A stretch of DNA of 61,023 nucleotides. It comes from Thermomicrobiales bacterium (GTDB taxonomy: Bacteria; Chloroflexota; Chloroflexia; Thermomicrobiales; UBA6265). A program made the translations under genes and the position numbers. Below the pieces are notes generated by a model. The model ran no database searches, was not told where the DNA came from, and saw only the letters and a list, made by a program, of their open reading frames with translations. The stretch spans positions 1-61,023 of the forward strand of contig DATGPC010000050.1 in assembly GCA_035305265.1 (NCBI GenBank). Reading direction: 5' to 3'. Positions within the stretch are counted from its first letter, which is position 1; the number at the start of each line of letters is the position of its first letter. This document shows positions 19,013-28,225 of the stretch, piece after piece.

Positions 19013-20197
19013 ATGTCCAGGGATTTCCCCGCCCTGTCATCCGACCGCCCGTTCGGTATCGATCGACGGCGACTCGTCGGGGGCCTCGCGGCCGCCGGGA
19101 TCGCCACCTCCGCCATGCCCGCGCTGCGGGGCGCCGCGCAGGACGCGACTCCCGAAGGCCTCCCCCAGCAGTTGATCGATGCGGGCAAGAGCCCGGACCT
19201 GATCAACCATGGCAGCTCGTTCGAGATGCCGATGTCCGGCTATGACGAGTTTCTGACCCCGAATGACCGCTTCTTCGTTCGCGCAAACGGCCCGTTCACC
19301 GTCGATGTCTCGCCGGAAGACTGGCGCCTGACCATCACAGGGCTCGTCGACAGCGAGCTGGAGCTCTCCATCGATGACCTGAAGAAAATGGAGTCGACGA
19401 CGATCACCGCGTGGATCGAGTGCTCCGGCAACGGGCGTGGACGCTTCGGGACCGATCCGCAACCGCCTTCCGGGACGCCCTGGATCCACGGCGGCATCGG
19501 CAACGCCGAGTGGGAGGGCATCCGGGTCGCGGACCTGCTGGGTGCCGCGGGAGTGCAGGAGGGAGCCATCGACGTGGTTTCCCAAGGAGGCGACTTCGAG
19601 GGGATGCGGCGCGGGTTGCCGCTCGCGAAGGCGCTCGATCCTGCCACCATGATCGTCTGGAGCATGAACGGCGAGGATATCCCGAACCCGAACGGCGGGC
19701 CACTCCGCCTGCTCGTTCCCGGATGGGGCGGCATCGCCTCGACCAAGTGGGTCGTCAACCTCGAGGTCATCGACCATCCGTTCGATGGCGAGTTCAATAC
19801 CGAGAGCTATGTCTATATCGATGAGGATGGGTCGATACTACGCCCGGTGACGGAGCTCGGGCCGAAGTCCGTAATCACGTCCCACGAGCCGGACTCATCG
19901 ACGCAGGCGGGTGCGCAGAAGGTGTTCGGCTTCGCATGGTCGGGCCACGGTGGCATCGCCCGCGTCGAGGTCAGCACCGACGGCGGCGAGAATTGGGAAG
20001 AGGCGGAGATCACGCAGGAGGCAGGGCCGTATTCGTGGGTGCGCTTCGAGTATGACTGGGAGGCCGCATCCGGAGAGGCGACGCTCGCCTCCCGGGCCAC
20101 GGACGCCCGAGGGCTCAACCAACCATTCTCGATTCCGTGGAATGCGAAGGGCTACGGCATGAACGAGATCTTCATGATCCCGCTCACCGTTGAGTAG
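19013..20197 (+). CDS. Sulfite-oxidase-family molybdopterin oxidoreductase (Tat-exported)
   Basis: RRRLVGGLAAAGIATSAMPALRGAAQ Tat signal. WIECSGNGRG molybdenum-Cys motif plus a C-terminal Moco dimerisation-type domain. GGAAGGAG RBS precedes the start. Confidence 0.85.
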   Translation: MSRDFPALSSDRPFGIDRRRLVGGLAAAGIATSAMPALRGAAQDATPEGLPQQLIDAGKSPDLINHGSSFEMPMSGYDEFLTPNDRFFVRANGPFTVDVSPEDWRLTITGLVDSELELSIDDLKKMESTTITAWIECSGNGRGRFGTDPQPPSGTPWIHGGIGNAEWEGIRVADLLGAAGVQEGAIDVVSQGGDFEGMRRGLPLAKALDPATMIVWSMNGEDIPNPNGGPLRLLVPGWGGIASTKWVVNLEVIDHPFDGEFNTESYVYIDEDGSILRPVTELGPKSVITSHEPDSSTQAGAQKVFGFAWSGHGGIARVEVSTDGGENWEEAEITQEAGPYSWVRFEYDWEAASGEATLASRATDARGLNQPFSIPWNAKGYGMNEIFMIPLTVE

Positions 20198-20223
20198 CAT
20201 CCAGCAGGATCGTCAGAAGCGCA

Positions 20224-20252
20224 GCGAGCCGCCCCGTCGTGGGGCGGCTCGC
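20224..20252. terminator. Bidirectional terminator hairpin
   Basis: 12-bp perfect stem GCGAGCCGCCCC / GGGGCGGCTCGC between convergent genes. Confidence 0.75.
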
Positions 20253-20259
20253 CTGGTCC

Positions 20260-21129
20260 CTACGGCACGAACTGAAGCGGCTCCGCCTCGGGGATCCCGG
20301 CGAACCGCGTCCGCATGACCTCGATCGCCTCCGGATTCTCGTCCACGAGCACGAACCGGCGTCCCAGCTTCGCGGCGACAGCGCCGGTCGTGCCGCTTCC
20401 CGCGAAGAAATCGAGCGCCCAATCGCCCGGCTGGCTACTCGCCTGGATGATCCGACGCAGGATGCCTTCCGGCTTCTGGGTCGCGTAGCCGGTCTTCTCT
20501 TTCCCGGTCGGTGACACGATCGTGTGCCACCAGACATCCGTCGGGAGCTTCCCGCGCGCGGCCTTCTCCGGTGTAACGAGACCTGGCGCCATGTACGGCT
20601 CGCGATCGACGTCATCCGCGTTGAAGATGTAGTTCGCCGGGTCCTTCACGTACACGAGGATCGTGTCGTGCTTTGACGGCCATTTCTTCTTCGTGCGCGC
20701 GCCATAATCGTAGGCCCAGATGATCTCGTTCAGGAAGCACTCCCGGCCGAAGAGCGCATCCAGCAGCACCTTCGCGTAGTGCACTTCGCGGTAGTCGAGA
20801 TGCAGGTAGAGCGTCCCGTCATCCGCGAGCAAGCGCCACGCCTCATCCAGCCTCGGCTCGAGGAAGCTCCAGTAATCGGCGAAAGCGTCATCGTATCCAA
20901 GCACCGTGCCCCGGATCGTCTCGTACGCCTTGCCCTGGAATCCGATACGGGAGCCGTTCTCCGAACGCACGGTGCGGATCGATCGTCGCTTTTGGGCGCG
21001 GCCGGTATTGAACGGCGGGTCGAGATAGATCAGCCTGAACGCGCCGTCCGGAAACTGCGGGAGGATTTCGGCGTTGTCGCCGTGGATGACGAGGTTCGGG
21101 CCGTCAGGAGTCCAAAGGGAAGCTGTCAT
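20260..21129 (-). CDS. Site-specific DNA methyltransferase (beta-class N6-A/N4-C, Mod-like), solitary
   Basis: Motif IV IYLDPPFN precedes motif I DFFAGSGTTG. Also GYATQKPEGILRRII and LHLDYREVHY. Confidence 0.85.
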   Translation of the reverse strand: MTASLWTPDGPNLVIHGDNAEILPQFPDGAFRLIYLDPPFNTGRAQKRRSIRTVRSENGSRIGFQGKAYETIRGTVLGYDDAFADYWSFLEPRLDEAWRLLADDGTLYLHLDYREVHYAKVLLDALFGRECFLNEIIWAYDYGARTKKKWPSKHDTILVYVKDPANYIFNADDVDREPYMAPGLVTPEKAARGKLPTDVWWHTIVSPTGKEKTGYATQKPEGILRRIIQASSQPGDWALDFFAGSGTTGAVAAKLGRRFVLVDENPEAIEVMRTRFAGIPEAEPLQFVP

Positions 21130-21276
21130 CGTGTACAGCCGCCCCTCGCAGCTGCGTCGATGGCCGGCTTCCGTGTGCCGCTTCTGCGTACCGGCGCACC
21201 GTGCGTGCGGCGTTCACACCAGCTCCGCACAGGAGATGCGGCGATACGGAGGGAGCACGCCATCACGAGCACGACG

Positions 21277-21474
21277 CTATTCCAGGAACGGCTGAACGGC
21301 GAGGAACGCGCAGATCATCGCGGCGATGAGGATCAGGATGACGATGATCGCGAGACAGGAGCGCGACGTCGACTCGATATCTTCCGGACGAACCAGGACC
21401 TCGCCGTCGTCATCGTCATACCCTCCTGATCCGGGTACGACGATCTTCTTCGGTTCCTGCTCTCCCTCGGTCAT
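21277..21474 (-). CDS. Small single-pass membrane protein (acidic N-terminus)
   Basis: 65 aa with the TM segment CLAIIVILILIAAMICAFLAV. 4-nt overlap with the upstream CDP-alcohol transferase gene. Confidence 0.45.
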   Translation of the reverse strand: MTEGEQEPKKIVVPGSGGYDDDDGEVLVRPEDIESTSRSCLAIIVILILIAAMICAFLAVQPFLE

Positions 21475-22085
21475 GATGCCTGCTTCTTGGAGTGAATCTC
21501 ACCGTCCGCCGCCGCAAGACGGTAGACATGGATAATGCGCCAGATCGCGGTGACGTGTGTGAGGATCGCCAGGATCCAGAGCGCCCACATCGGCTGCTTG
21601 ATGATGAGGCAGATCGCGAGCAGGACCACCCGCTCCGGCCGCGCCACCAACCCGACGGACGCGCCGTACCCGATCGCCTCGGCCCGGGCCCGGGCATAGC
21701 TGATCATCAGCGCGCCAGTCGCGGCGACCAGCGTCAGGAACGACCCGAGATGGTCGTCCGACGTCGTGTTCAGCCAGACCAGCAGCCCGACGTAGACGAC
21801 GATCTCGGAATACCGGTCGATCGTCGAGTCGAAGAAGCCGCCGAATGCGGAGATCGTGTTCGTCGCGCGGGCGATCGCGCCGTCAACCATGTCGAACGCG
21901 CTGGCGAGCAACAGGAGCACGCCGGCGATGATCGGGTGGCCGAAACCGAGGATGATCGCCACGACAACATTGAGCGCCAGCCCGATGAGCGTCGCCATAT
22001 TCGGCGTGATGCCAAACTTCGCAAAAAAGGACCCCACATGGAGCATATAGTGCCGGACCCACGTCCCGATACGCTCCGAGATCAT
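21471..22085 (-). CDS. CDP-alcohol phosphatidyltransferase (phosphatidylinositol-phosphate synthase-like)
   Basis: Exact CAPT motif DG-AI-AR-ATNTISAF-G-GFF-D-STI-D. Confidence 0.85.
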   Translation of the reverse strand: MISERIGTWVRHYMLHVGSFFAKFGITPNMATLIGLALNVVVAIILGFGHPIIAGVLLLLASAFDMVDGAIARATNTISAFGGFFDSTIDRYSEIVVYVGLLVWLNTTSDDHLGSFLTLVAATGALMISYARARAEAIGYGASVGLVARPERVVLLAICLIIKQPMWALWILAILTHVTAIWRIIHVYRLAAADGEIHSKKQAS

Positions 22086-22138
22086 TGCCTGTTCCTCACG
22101 CGGTCCATCCCCCCGGCAAACGCCGGCTTCCCCACCAA

Positions 22139-23284
22139 CTAACGGACCTCACGCCGCCAGGATGCGGTTTGAGCCCGCTCGGCCGACGCCTGGTATTCCT
22201 CGAGCACCCGGGCAGCCACCCGGTGCCATGCATACTGCTGCGCGTCGATCATGCCCTGCGCGCCAAGCCGCTGCTGCAGGTCCGGATCGGCCAGCACACG
22301 GACGAGCGCAAGCGCAAGCGCCTGCGGGTCACGCGGCTCGACCAAAATGCCGTTCCGGCCCGACGTCATCACGCTCGCGTAGCCAGCGATATCGCTTGCG
22401 ACCACCGGTTTCCCGGCCGCCATCGGCTCGACAACCGTGTAGCCGAAGCTCTCCTTGCCCGTCGACGGCACGCAGGCCACGTCGCAACTGGCATAGTAAC
22501 GCGCCTTGTCCTCATTGGATACGAAGCCCTTGAACTCGACGCCGTGGACGCCGTAGCGCTCCATGAGCCCCTCGAATTTCTCCGGGCGGCCGCCGCCGAC
22601 GACGATCAGCTTCGCGTCCGGGAATTGCTGCTGCACCAGCGGCAGCGCGCGCAGCAGGTACTTGAACCCCTTGCGCGACTCCTCGAACCGGCCGACGAAC
22701 AGGATGCGCTTGCGCCCGTCGTTGGCCCACGGGAACGGCTCGATGTGCGGCCCGTATGCACCGACATCGATGCCGTTCGGGATGACCGTGTAGTCGCCCT
22801 CGAAATACTTGTTCGCCAGCTCTCGCGCCGGCGGCGACACGGCGATCCGCCCGTCGACCCGGCCAAGCACGAAAGACATGTAGGGCTTGAACGCCGTGTA
22901 CCAGGGCTGGTTCGGCGTGTAGGCGTGGAACGTCGCCACGTTCACGGCGGTCGAGTTGAGCAGCACCATGTACGGCAACACCGGCATCAGTGGCTCGTGC
23001 AGGTGCACGACGTCGAACTGCTCACGCTTCATGATCGCCTTGACGTCGGCGTACAGCGTAACGTCGAACGTCAGGCGCATCTTGCTGCCGTTGCCGGGGA
23101 TCGTAATGGAGCGACCAATGCCGTAGTAATCCTCGCCAACCTCGAGTCCGCCACGCGGCCCACGGGGAGCCATCACCTTCACGGTATGGCCAAGGCGCCG
23201 GAACTCATCACGCAAATGGGCAACATGCTCGGCCACTCCGCCGGGTTTGTGCATGCTGTATGGCGAAACAAGCGCAATCTTCAC
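22139..23284 (-). CDS. GT4 family glycosyltransferase (PimA-like mannosyltransferase)
   Basis: N-terminal MKIALVSPY...GGV..HV and C-terminal E-x7-E region (PSTGKESFGYTVVEPMAAGKPVV). Confidence 0.85.
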   Translation of the reverse strand: MKIALVSPYSMHKPGGVAEHVAHLRDEFRRLGHTVKVMAPRGPRGGLEVGEDYYGIGRSITIPGNGSKMRLTFDVTLYADVKAIMKREQFDVVHLHEPLMPVLPYMVLLNSTAVNVATFHAYTPNQPWYTAFKPYMSFVLGRVDGRIAVSPPARELANKYFEGDYTVIPNGIDVGAYGPHIEPFPWANDGRKRILFVGRFEESRKGFKYLLRALPLVQQQFPDAKLIVVGGGRPEKFEGLMERYGVHGVEFKGFVSNEDKARYYASCDVACVPSTGKESFGYTVVEPMAAGKPVVASDIAGYASVMTSGRNGILVEPRDPQALALALVRVLADPDLQQRLGAQGMIDAQQYAWHRVAARVLEEYQASAERAQTASWRREVR

Positions 23285-23354
23285 ATCGGGGATTCTAGCA
23301 GGTTAGCGATAACCGACATGGCGCAGTTCGCCAACGAGAACGGGAATTGCAGGC

Positions 23355-23834
23355 TCAGGAGGAAGCAACGCTTTCACGTCGGTAGTATCGCCGGGAGGGA
23401 CCTGCGTAGAGCGAAAGCAATCCGAGAAGCACGAAGACCACGTGCGCCACTCGTACTCCGGCAAAGAGCGCTCCAACAGCATCGAGGCCCTTGATCCCCG
23501 CGATCACTGAGTTCCCGTCTCCGAGCCACAAGAGATAGGGAACGACCAGCGATCCCATGCCCAGGACGCCCAGGACAAGGGTGAGCGCGTGTGAGGACCA
23601 CCGGTGTCCCTGCCGCAGGTACCTGATGATGACCAGGACCGATCCATAGACAACGACCCGGAGCGCGACGTTGGCGATAATTTCGCCCGATGAATACGTG
23701 CCGGTTTCAAGGAAGACCCCATCAACGACACTGATCGCTGATTCGGCGATACCGGCTATGACCGCCAGGGTGAACCACATTGCCGCCTGACGGAGCGATT
23801 CCGGTACGGGATTCCGCCGTCCTGTTGCACTCAT
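23355..23834 (-). CDS. Integral membrane protein, unknown function
   Basis: Four or five hydrophobic helices. GGAGGTG RBS before ATG 23834. Confidence 0.55.
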   Translation of the reverse strand: MSATGRRNPVPESLRQAAMWFTLAVIAGIAESAISVVDGVFLETGTYSSGEIIANVALRVVVYGSVLVIIRYLRQGHRWSSHALTLVLGVLGMGSLVVPYLLWLGDGNSVIAGIKGLDAVGALFAGVRVAHVVFVLLGLLSLYAGPSRRYYRRESVASS

Positions 23835-23966
23835 CGACCACACCTCCAAACATCCGTTCAGATCGATGTGGCCAGACTAGTGCCGTCGCCCCGCCCTCAC
23901 GCGGGGGATACCCTCCATATGGAGATCCCGATTCTCCGTCACGTCCCCTGCCTCCGGCGGCCCCGA

Positions 23967-24932
23967 TCAGGCACGCTGTCGCCGATTCGCCTGCTGCATG
24001 ACGAGCATGCCGGCCAGCGCCAGCGCGCCGCCGACAATCTTGAGCGGACCGAATTCCTCCCCGTAGAAGAGGATCGACAGCGTCCCGGCCATTACCGGCA
24101 CGAGGAGCGTCAGGCCGGCGATCGCGACCCCGCGCGTGCGGATCACCCAAGCCCAGACGATGTACGCCAGGTACACCGGGAAGACGCACATATAGAGGAT
24201 GACGAGCCACGTCTGGAGGCTGACCGCGCCCCAGTCCTGGCTCGTCGCCTGTGGCATCGCGATCAGCAGGAGCGGGATGGCGCCGAACAACGTCGAGTAC
24301 GCCGAATAGGTCGCGGGCGGATACTCGCGGACGAGGCGACGATTGAACACCTGGTAGAGCGCGAACGAGGCCCCGCCGAGGAAGGAGATCACGTTGCCGA
24401 GCAACTGGCTATCGCCCTCGCCGTTGGCGAGGAACATCGCCACGCCCGCAAGCGACACCAGCACGCCAAGCCAGACCAGTGCCGGCTGGCGCTCGCCGAG
24501 CAGCGTCACCAGGCCGAGCGTCACGATCGGCTGGAGCGAGATCATCAACGCACCGGAGAACGGCGACGTGTGCTCCAGCCCGAGCATGAACCCGAGCTGG
24601 TAGAACGTGTAGCCGCACAGCCCCGTCATCACGAACAGCGGCAGGTCCGCCCGGCGAATCCGCCACCAGTCGACGCCACCGGTCCGACGCGCCTGCAAGG
24701 CGAGGACAGCGAACGCGATCAGGACAATGCCGATAAAGCGGACGAAGCCGAACGCCAGCGGCTGGACCTCTTCATACGCCGATTTGGTGAGGGTGAACGT
24801 CGAGCCCCAGACCACAACGACGGCCAGGCCGGCCAGCTCAGGCAGGATTCCGGCCCCGAAACGGCGTGACGCGACTTCGGGTGCCGACGACTGGACGGAC
24901 GGCTCCCTCGCCGCAAGCTCTCGCGTTGGCAT
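23967..24932 (-). CDS. EamA/DMT family transporter
   Basis: Ten-TM duplicated EamA architecture (AVVVVWGSTFTLTK..., second repeat NVISFLGGASFALY). Confidence 0.8.
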   Translation of the reverse strand: MPTRELAAREPSVQSSAPEVASRRFGAGILPELAGLAVVVVWGSTFTLTKSAYEEVQPLAFGFVRFIGIVLIAFAVLALQARRTGGVDWWRIRRADLPLFVMTGLCGYTFYQLGFMLGLEHTSPFSGALMISLQPIVTLGLVTLLGERQPALVWLGVLVSLAGVAMFLANGEGDSQLLGNVISFLGGASFALYQVFNRRLVREYPPATYSAYSTLFGAIPLLLIAMPQATSQDWGAVSLQTWLVILYMCVFPVYLAYIVWAWVIRTRGVAIAGLTLLVPVMAGTLSILFYGEEFGPLKIVGGALALAGMLVMQQANRRQRA

Positions 24933-25058
24933 GGATGATGAGCGCCTCTCGTAATTCCGGTAACCGGGAACAGGTCGCGTAATCGCGATGCAACGATGTC
25001 GATACGCCCATCATACGAGGGAATGGTGACAGGAGGCGTCCGGTTTCCCGGCATCACA

Positions 25059-25805
25059 TCAGCTGGATCGCGCCTGGATCCCGCGATACACGGACGTTCG
25101 CAACTCGACGGCGTACGCCTCCAGCTCCGGCATCCCCATCTCCGCCGCAATACCGATCTCGCGCTCGATGTCGTACGGCACGCGCACGATCTCGACCTGG
25201 ACACCGTCCTCCGCAGCCCCGTTGCCCAGGATGGCATAGGCGGCGGTCGGCTCGTCCAGCGGGTTCCCGACACTCCCGGCATTCACCAGTGTCTTGCCAT
25301 CCGCTTCCTTGATATACGCCCAGTGAATATCGCCGTAGACCACCACATCCGGCTCCGGTCCATCCCCGGTCGCCTCGGTGTTGGCGAACATTGCCCGGAA
25401 TTCCTCGGCATCGGGATCGGGAAAGACACGATGGAACACACTGTCGGACGACGCATGAAAGAGGCGAATGCGCGATCCCCCAAGCTCGAGATCCAGCGAG
25501 AACGGAAGCGAGCGAACCCAATCGAGGTCGTCACCAGACATTTCGTCCAGCCACCAGCTCAACGGCGGACAGGCTTCCTCGCGAGGCTTTCGGGCCAGCA
25601 CGTCCCAGTTCCCGAGGACAGTTGCTTCGCACCGCTCGCGGGTCGTCGCGACCACGGCGGACCCGTTCGGCCCCTTTCCGAAGACATCGCCGAGATTGAA
25701 GATCCGTTCGATTCCTCGGGCGTCGATATCTGCCAGGACCGCCTCATACGCGGTCATGTTGCCGTGGACGTCCGAGATAATGGCGATGTGTTCCATAGAA
25801 GCCAA
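25059..25805 (-). CDS. Metallophosphoesterase
   Basis: IAIISDVHGN, NLGDVFGKG, LGNWD and YGDIH calcineurin-like motifs. Confidence 0.85.
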   Translation of the reverse strand: MASMEHIAIISDVHGNMTAYEAVLADIDARGIERIFNLGDVFGKGPNGSAVVATTRERCEATVLGNWDVLARKPREEACPPLSWWLDEMSGDDLDWVRSLPFSLDLELGGSRIRLFHASSDSVFHRVFPDPDAEEFRAMFANTEATGDGPEPDVVVYGDIHWAYIKEADGKTLVNAGSVGNPLDEPTAAYAILGNGAAEDGVQVEIVRVPYDIEREIGIAAEMGMPELEAYAVELRTSVYRGIQARSS

Positions 25806-26126
25806 TCAGTTTCCTTGCGCATCGTGCGCCGCCGGCGCGTCCTTCTTCCATGGCCAGCGACCGTCCAGCTCCATCTCGATCTCGATACTGAGGAACGAGC
25901 GTATCGCGATCAGGATCGCGAGGAGTCCCAGGCTCTCGAAGGTCAGCGGGGTGGCGACGGTATGGATAATATCCCCCGCGACGAGGAATTCCAGTCCCAG
26001 GATGATGGCCCGTCCAACATGTCTCCGGAAGAATGCGTACGCCGAGGGGTCAGCCTCCAGCCGCTCGCCACGGAGCCAGGCGATCAGGGCGTAGATAATA
26101 CCCCCTACGATGACGAGCACGCCCAC
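25806..26126 (-). CDS. DUF1622 family membrane protein
   Basis: ILGLEFLVAGDIIHTV...IRSFLSIEIEMELDGRWPWKK matches the DUF1622 pattern. Abuts the downstream gene with no gap. Confidence 0.7.
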   Translation of the reverse strand: MGVLVIVGGIIYALIAWLRGERLEADPSAYAFFRRHVGRAIILGLEFLVAGDIIHTVATPLTFESLGLLAILIAIRSFLSIEIEMELDGRWPWKKDAPAAHDAQGN

Positions 26127-26231
26127 GCACTCGAGCCCGGTAGCGAGCCACTACCCGACGTCCTGCAACGACACCATCAACCCCTTTCCCGGAAACAGTC
26201 AATGCGTCCGGGGAGGGCAACTCCCGTGCCG

Positions 26232-27059
26232 TCAGCTCCGGTCCGTCGCCCCGGCGGAAGAGGAAACGGGAGTGCTGACCACCAACCCGTCCGTCGCGAG
26301 CTCGACGCCCTCCGGCAGCATCGGCTGGATTTCGGCATGGAGACCCATCTCGTGGGCGATATGGGTCAGGTACGCCCTCCCGGGCCGCAACTGTTCGACC
26401 GTCGCCAACGCCTCGTCCAGCGTCATGTGCGCCGGGTGATTGAAACGGCGCAGCGCGGTCAGCACAAGGACGTCCAGGTCCTGGAGATACGGTATCGACT
26501 CCTCCGGGATCGTCTTCACGTCCGTGAGGTAGGCAACCGACCCCACGCGATACCCGACGATCGGCAATGTCCCATGGTTGATCGGGATCGGCTGGATCGC
26601 CACGCCCTTCACGTCGAACGGCTCCGCCCCGTCGAGGACGTGCAACTCGAGGTCCGGCTTCATCCCGAGGACAGGAAAATTGTCCTCGAACGCATAGCCA
26701 AAGCGCTGTCGCAGGTCTTTCGCCGCGTTCGCCGGGGCATACGCCGGGATCCACTCCTGCTGGAGGGCATTGAACCGGCGCATGTCGTCGATGCCGGCCG
26801 TGTGGTCGGCATGCATGTGCGTGTAGAGCAGCGCGTCGATCCGGCGAGCGCCGCTCCGGAGCATCTGGTACCGGAAATCCGGCGAGGTGTCGATCAGCAG
26901 CGTGACGTCATCGACGCGAATCAACGCCGATGTGCGCAACCGGGTATCACGCGGGTCGTCCGAGCGACAGACCTCGCAGTCGCATCCAATGACGGGGATC
27001 CCGGTCGAGGTGCCGGTACCCAGGAACTCGATCTCGATCACAAAACGCGCTTTCTGCAT
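26232..27059 (-). CDS. MBL-fold metallo-hydrolase (PhnP-like)
   Basis: FLGTGTSTGIPVIGCDCEVC Zn-ribbon-like start and HMHADH motif. Start at MQKARF (27059). The longest ORF reaches 27173. Confidence 0.8.
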   Translation of the reverse strand: MQKARFVIEIEFLGTGTSTGIPVIGCDCEVCRSDDPRDTRLRTSALIRVDDVTLLIDTSPDFRYQMLRSGARRIDALLYTHMHADHTAGIDDMRRFNALQQEWIPAYAPANAAKDLRQRFGYAFEDNFPVLGMKPDLELHVLDGAEPFDVKGVAIQPIPINHGTLPIVGYRVGSVAYLTDVKTIPEESIPYLQDLDVLVLTALRRFNHPAHMTLDEALATVEQLRPGRAYLTHIAHEMGLHAEIQPMLPEGVELATDGLVVSTPVSSSAGATDRS

Positions 27060-27197
27060 CGTCACATGGCGGGCAGAACAGCCCGCTTCTCTGTCGGAAG
27101 TATAGTGCCGGCGTGAAGCAACGCTCCTCGCTGCTGCCCCGGCGTCGCATACTGTGAATGGAACGAAGGACAAACATTCCGGGGCAAGGAGGCGAGT

Positions 27198-27983
27198 ATG
27201 GCAATCCGGGAAGTCGCGTCAAGCTGGCTCGAGCTGCAGCAACTCCTCTTCGACTATCCCCCGGATCCGCACCTGAACCGGTTCCGGTCCAATCTCGTCT
27301 ACCGAGGCGTGCCAACAACTGCCGCCCGGCAGATGGCGACCGGTCTCATGCGGCTTGGAGGCGACTACGCCGCCAAGGAAAAGCACCTGATCCGCAATTT
27401 CCGCAAGTACGCCCTGCACGATGTCAACGCCGGTGATTCCGTGTGGCACTGGCTCGCGATCGGCCAGCATTACGGCCTTCCCACCCGTCTCCTCGACTGG
27501 ACCTTCTCCCCCTACACCGCGCTCCATTTCGCGACATCCGACCTGGCATTGATGGACGACGATGCCATCGTCTGGTGTGTCGACCGGGAGGAGACAGGGC
27601 GCTACCTGCCCGCGGAGCTGTCGCAGATCCTGCGGAAGGAGGGCGCCCACCTCTTCACGGCGGAGATGCTGGAGGAGGCATCCAGGCGGATCGAGGACTT
27701 CGACACCTTGCCCGGGGACTTCGTCGTCTGGCTGGAGCCGCCCGCGCTCGACTCCCGGATCGTGAACCAGTACGCGCTGTTCTCGCTAATGTCGAGCCCG
27801 ACGGCGCTGCTGGACGAATGGCTGGACGCCAACTCGGTGACGGCCCGTGAGATCATCATCCCGGCGGAGCTCAAGTGGGAGGTCCGCGACAAGCTGGATC
27901 AGGCCAACATCACCGAGCGCATCATCTATCCCGGACTTGGCGGTCTCAGCGCCTGGCTGAAACGTCATTACTACACGCGATAA
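27198..27983 (+). CDS. FRG domain-containing protein
   Basis: LVYRGVP... and IGQHYGLPTRLLDWTFSPYTALHFA are the FRG domain signature. Confidence 0.75.
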   Translation: MAIREVASSWLELQQLLFDYPPDPHLNRFRSNLVYRGVPTTAARQMATGLMRLGGDYAAKEKHLIRNFRKYALHDVNAGDSVWHWLAIGQHYGLPTRLLDWTFSPYTALHFATSDLALMDDDAIVWCVDREETGRYLPAELSQILRKEGAHLFTAEMLEEASRRIEDFDTLPGDFVVWLEPPALDSRIVNQYALFSLMSSPTALLDEWLDANSVTAREIIIPAELKWEVRDKLDQANITERIIYPGLGGLSAWLKRHYYTR

Positions 27984-28225
27984 CCCTGTCCTGGAGCTCC
28001 AGGTATCAATTCCGGGCGGCATTTGCTACACTCCTGAACCGGAATACCGTTCGCAGGTTCGTTGCAGGGACACTCCCTCATGCGCAAGAACAACTGCGCT
28101 CGCCTGAGCGCCACAACTGACTGGATTCCGTTCTACGGATAACAGCCGCTGCCCTCCTCGTTCGGCGCTAATGGGCAGCGGGAGAACAGGCGCCCTGCTC
28201 TCCCGACTTTGCGGGAGCTGTTCCT

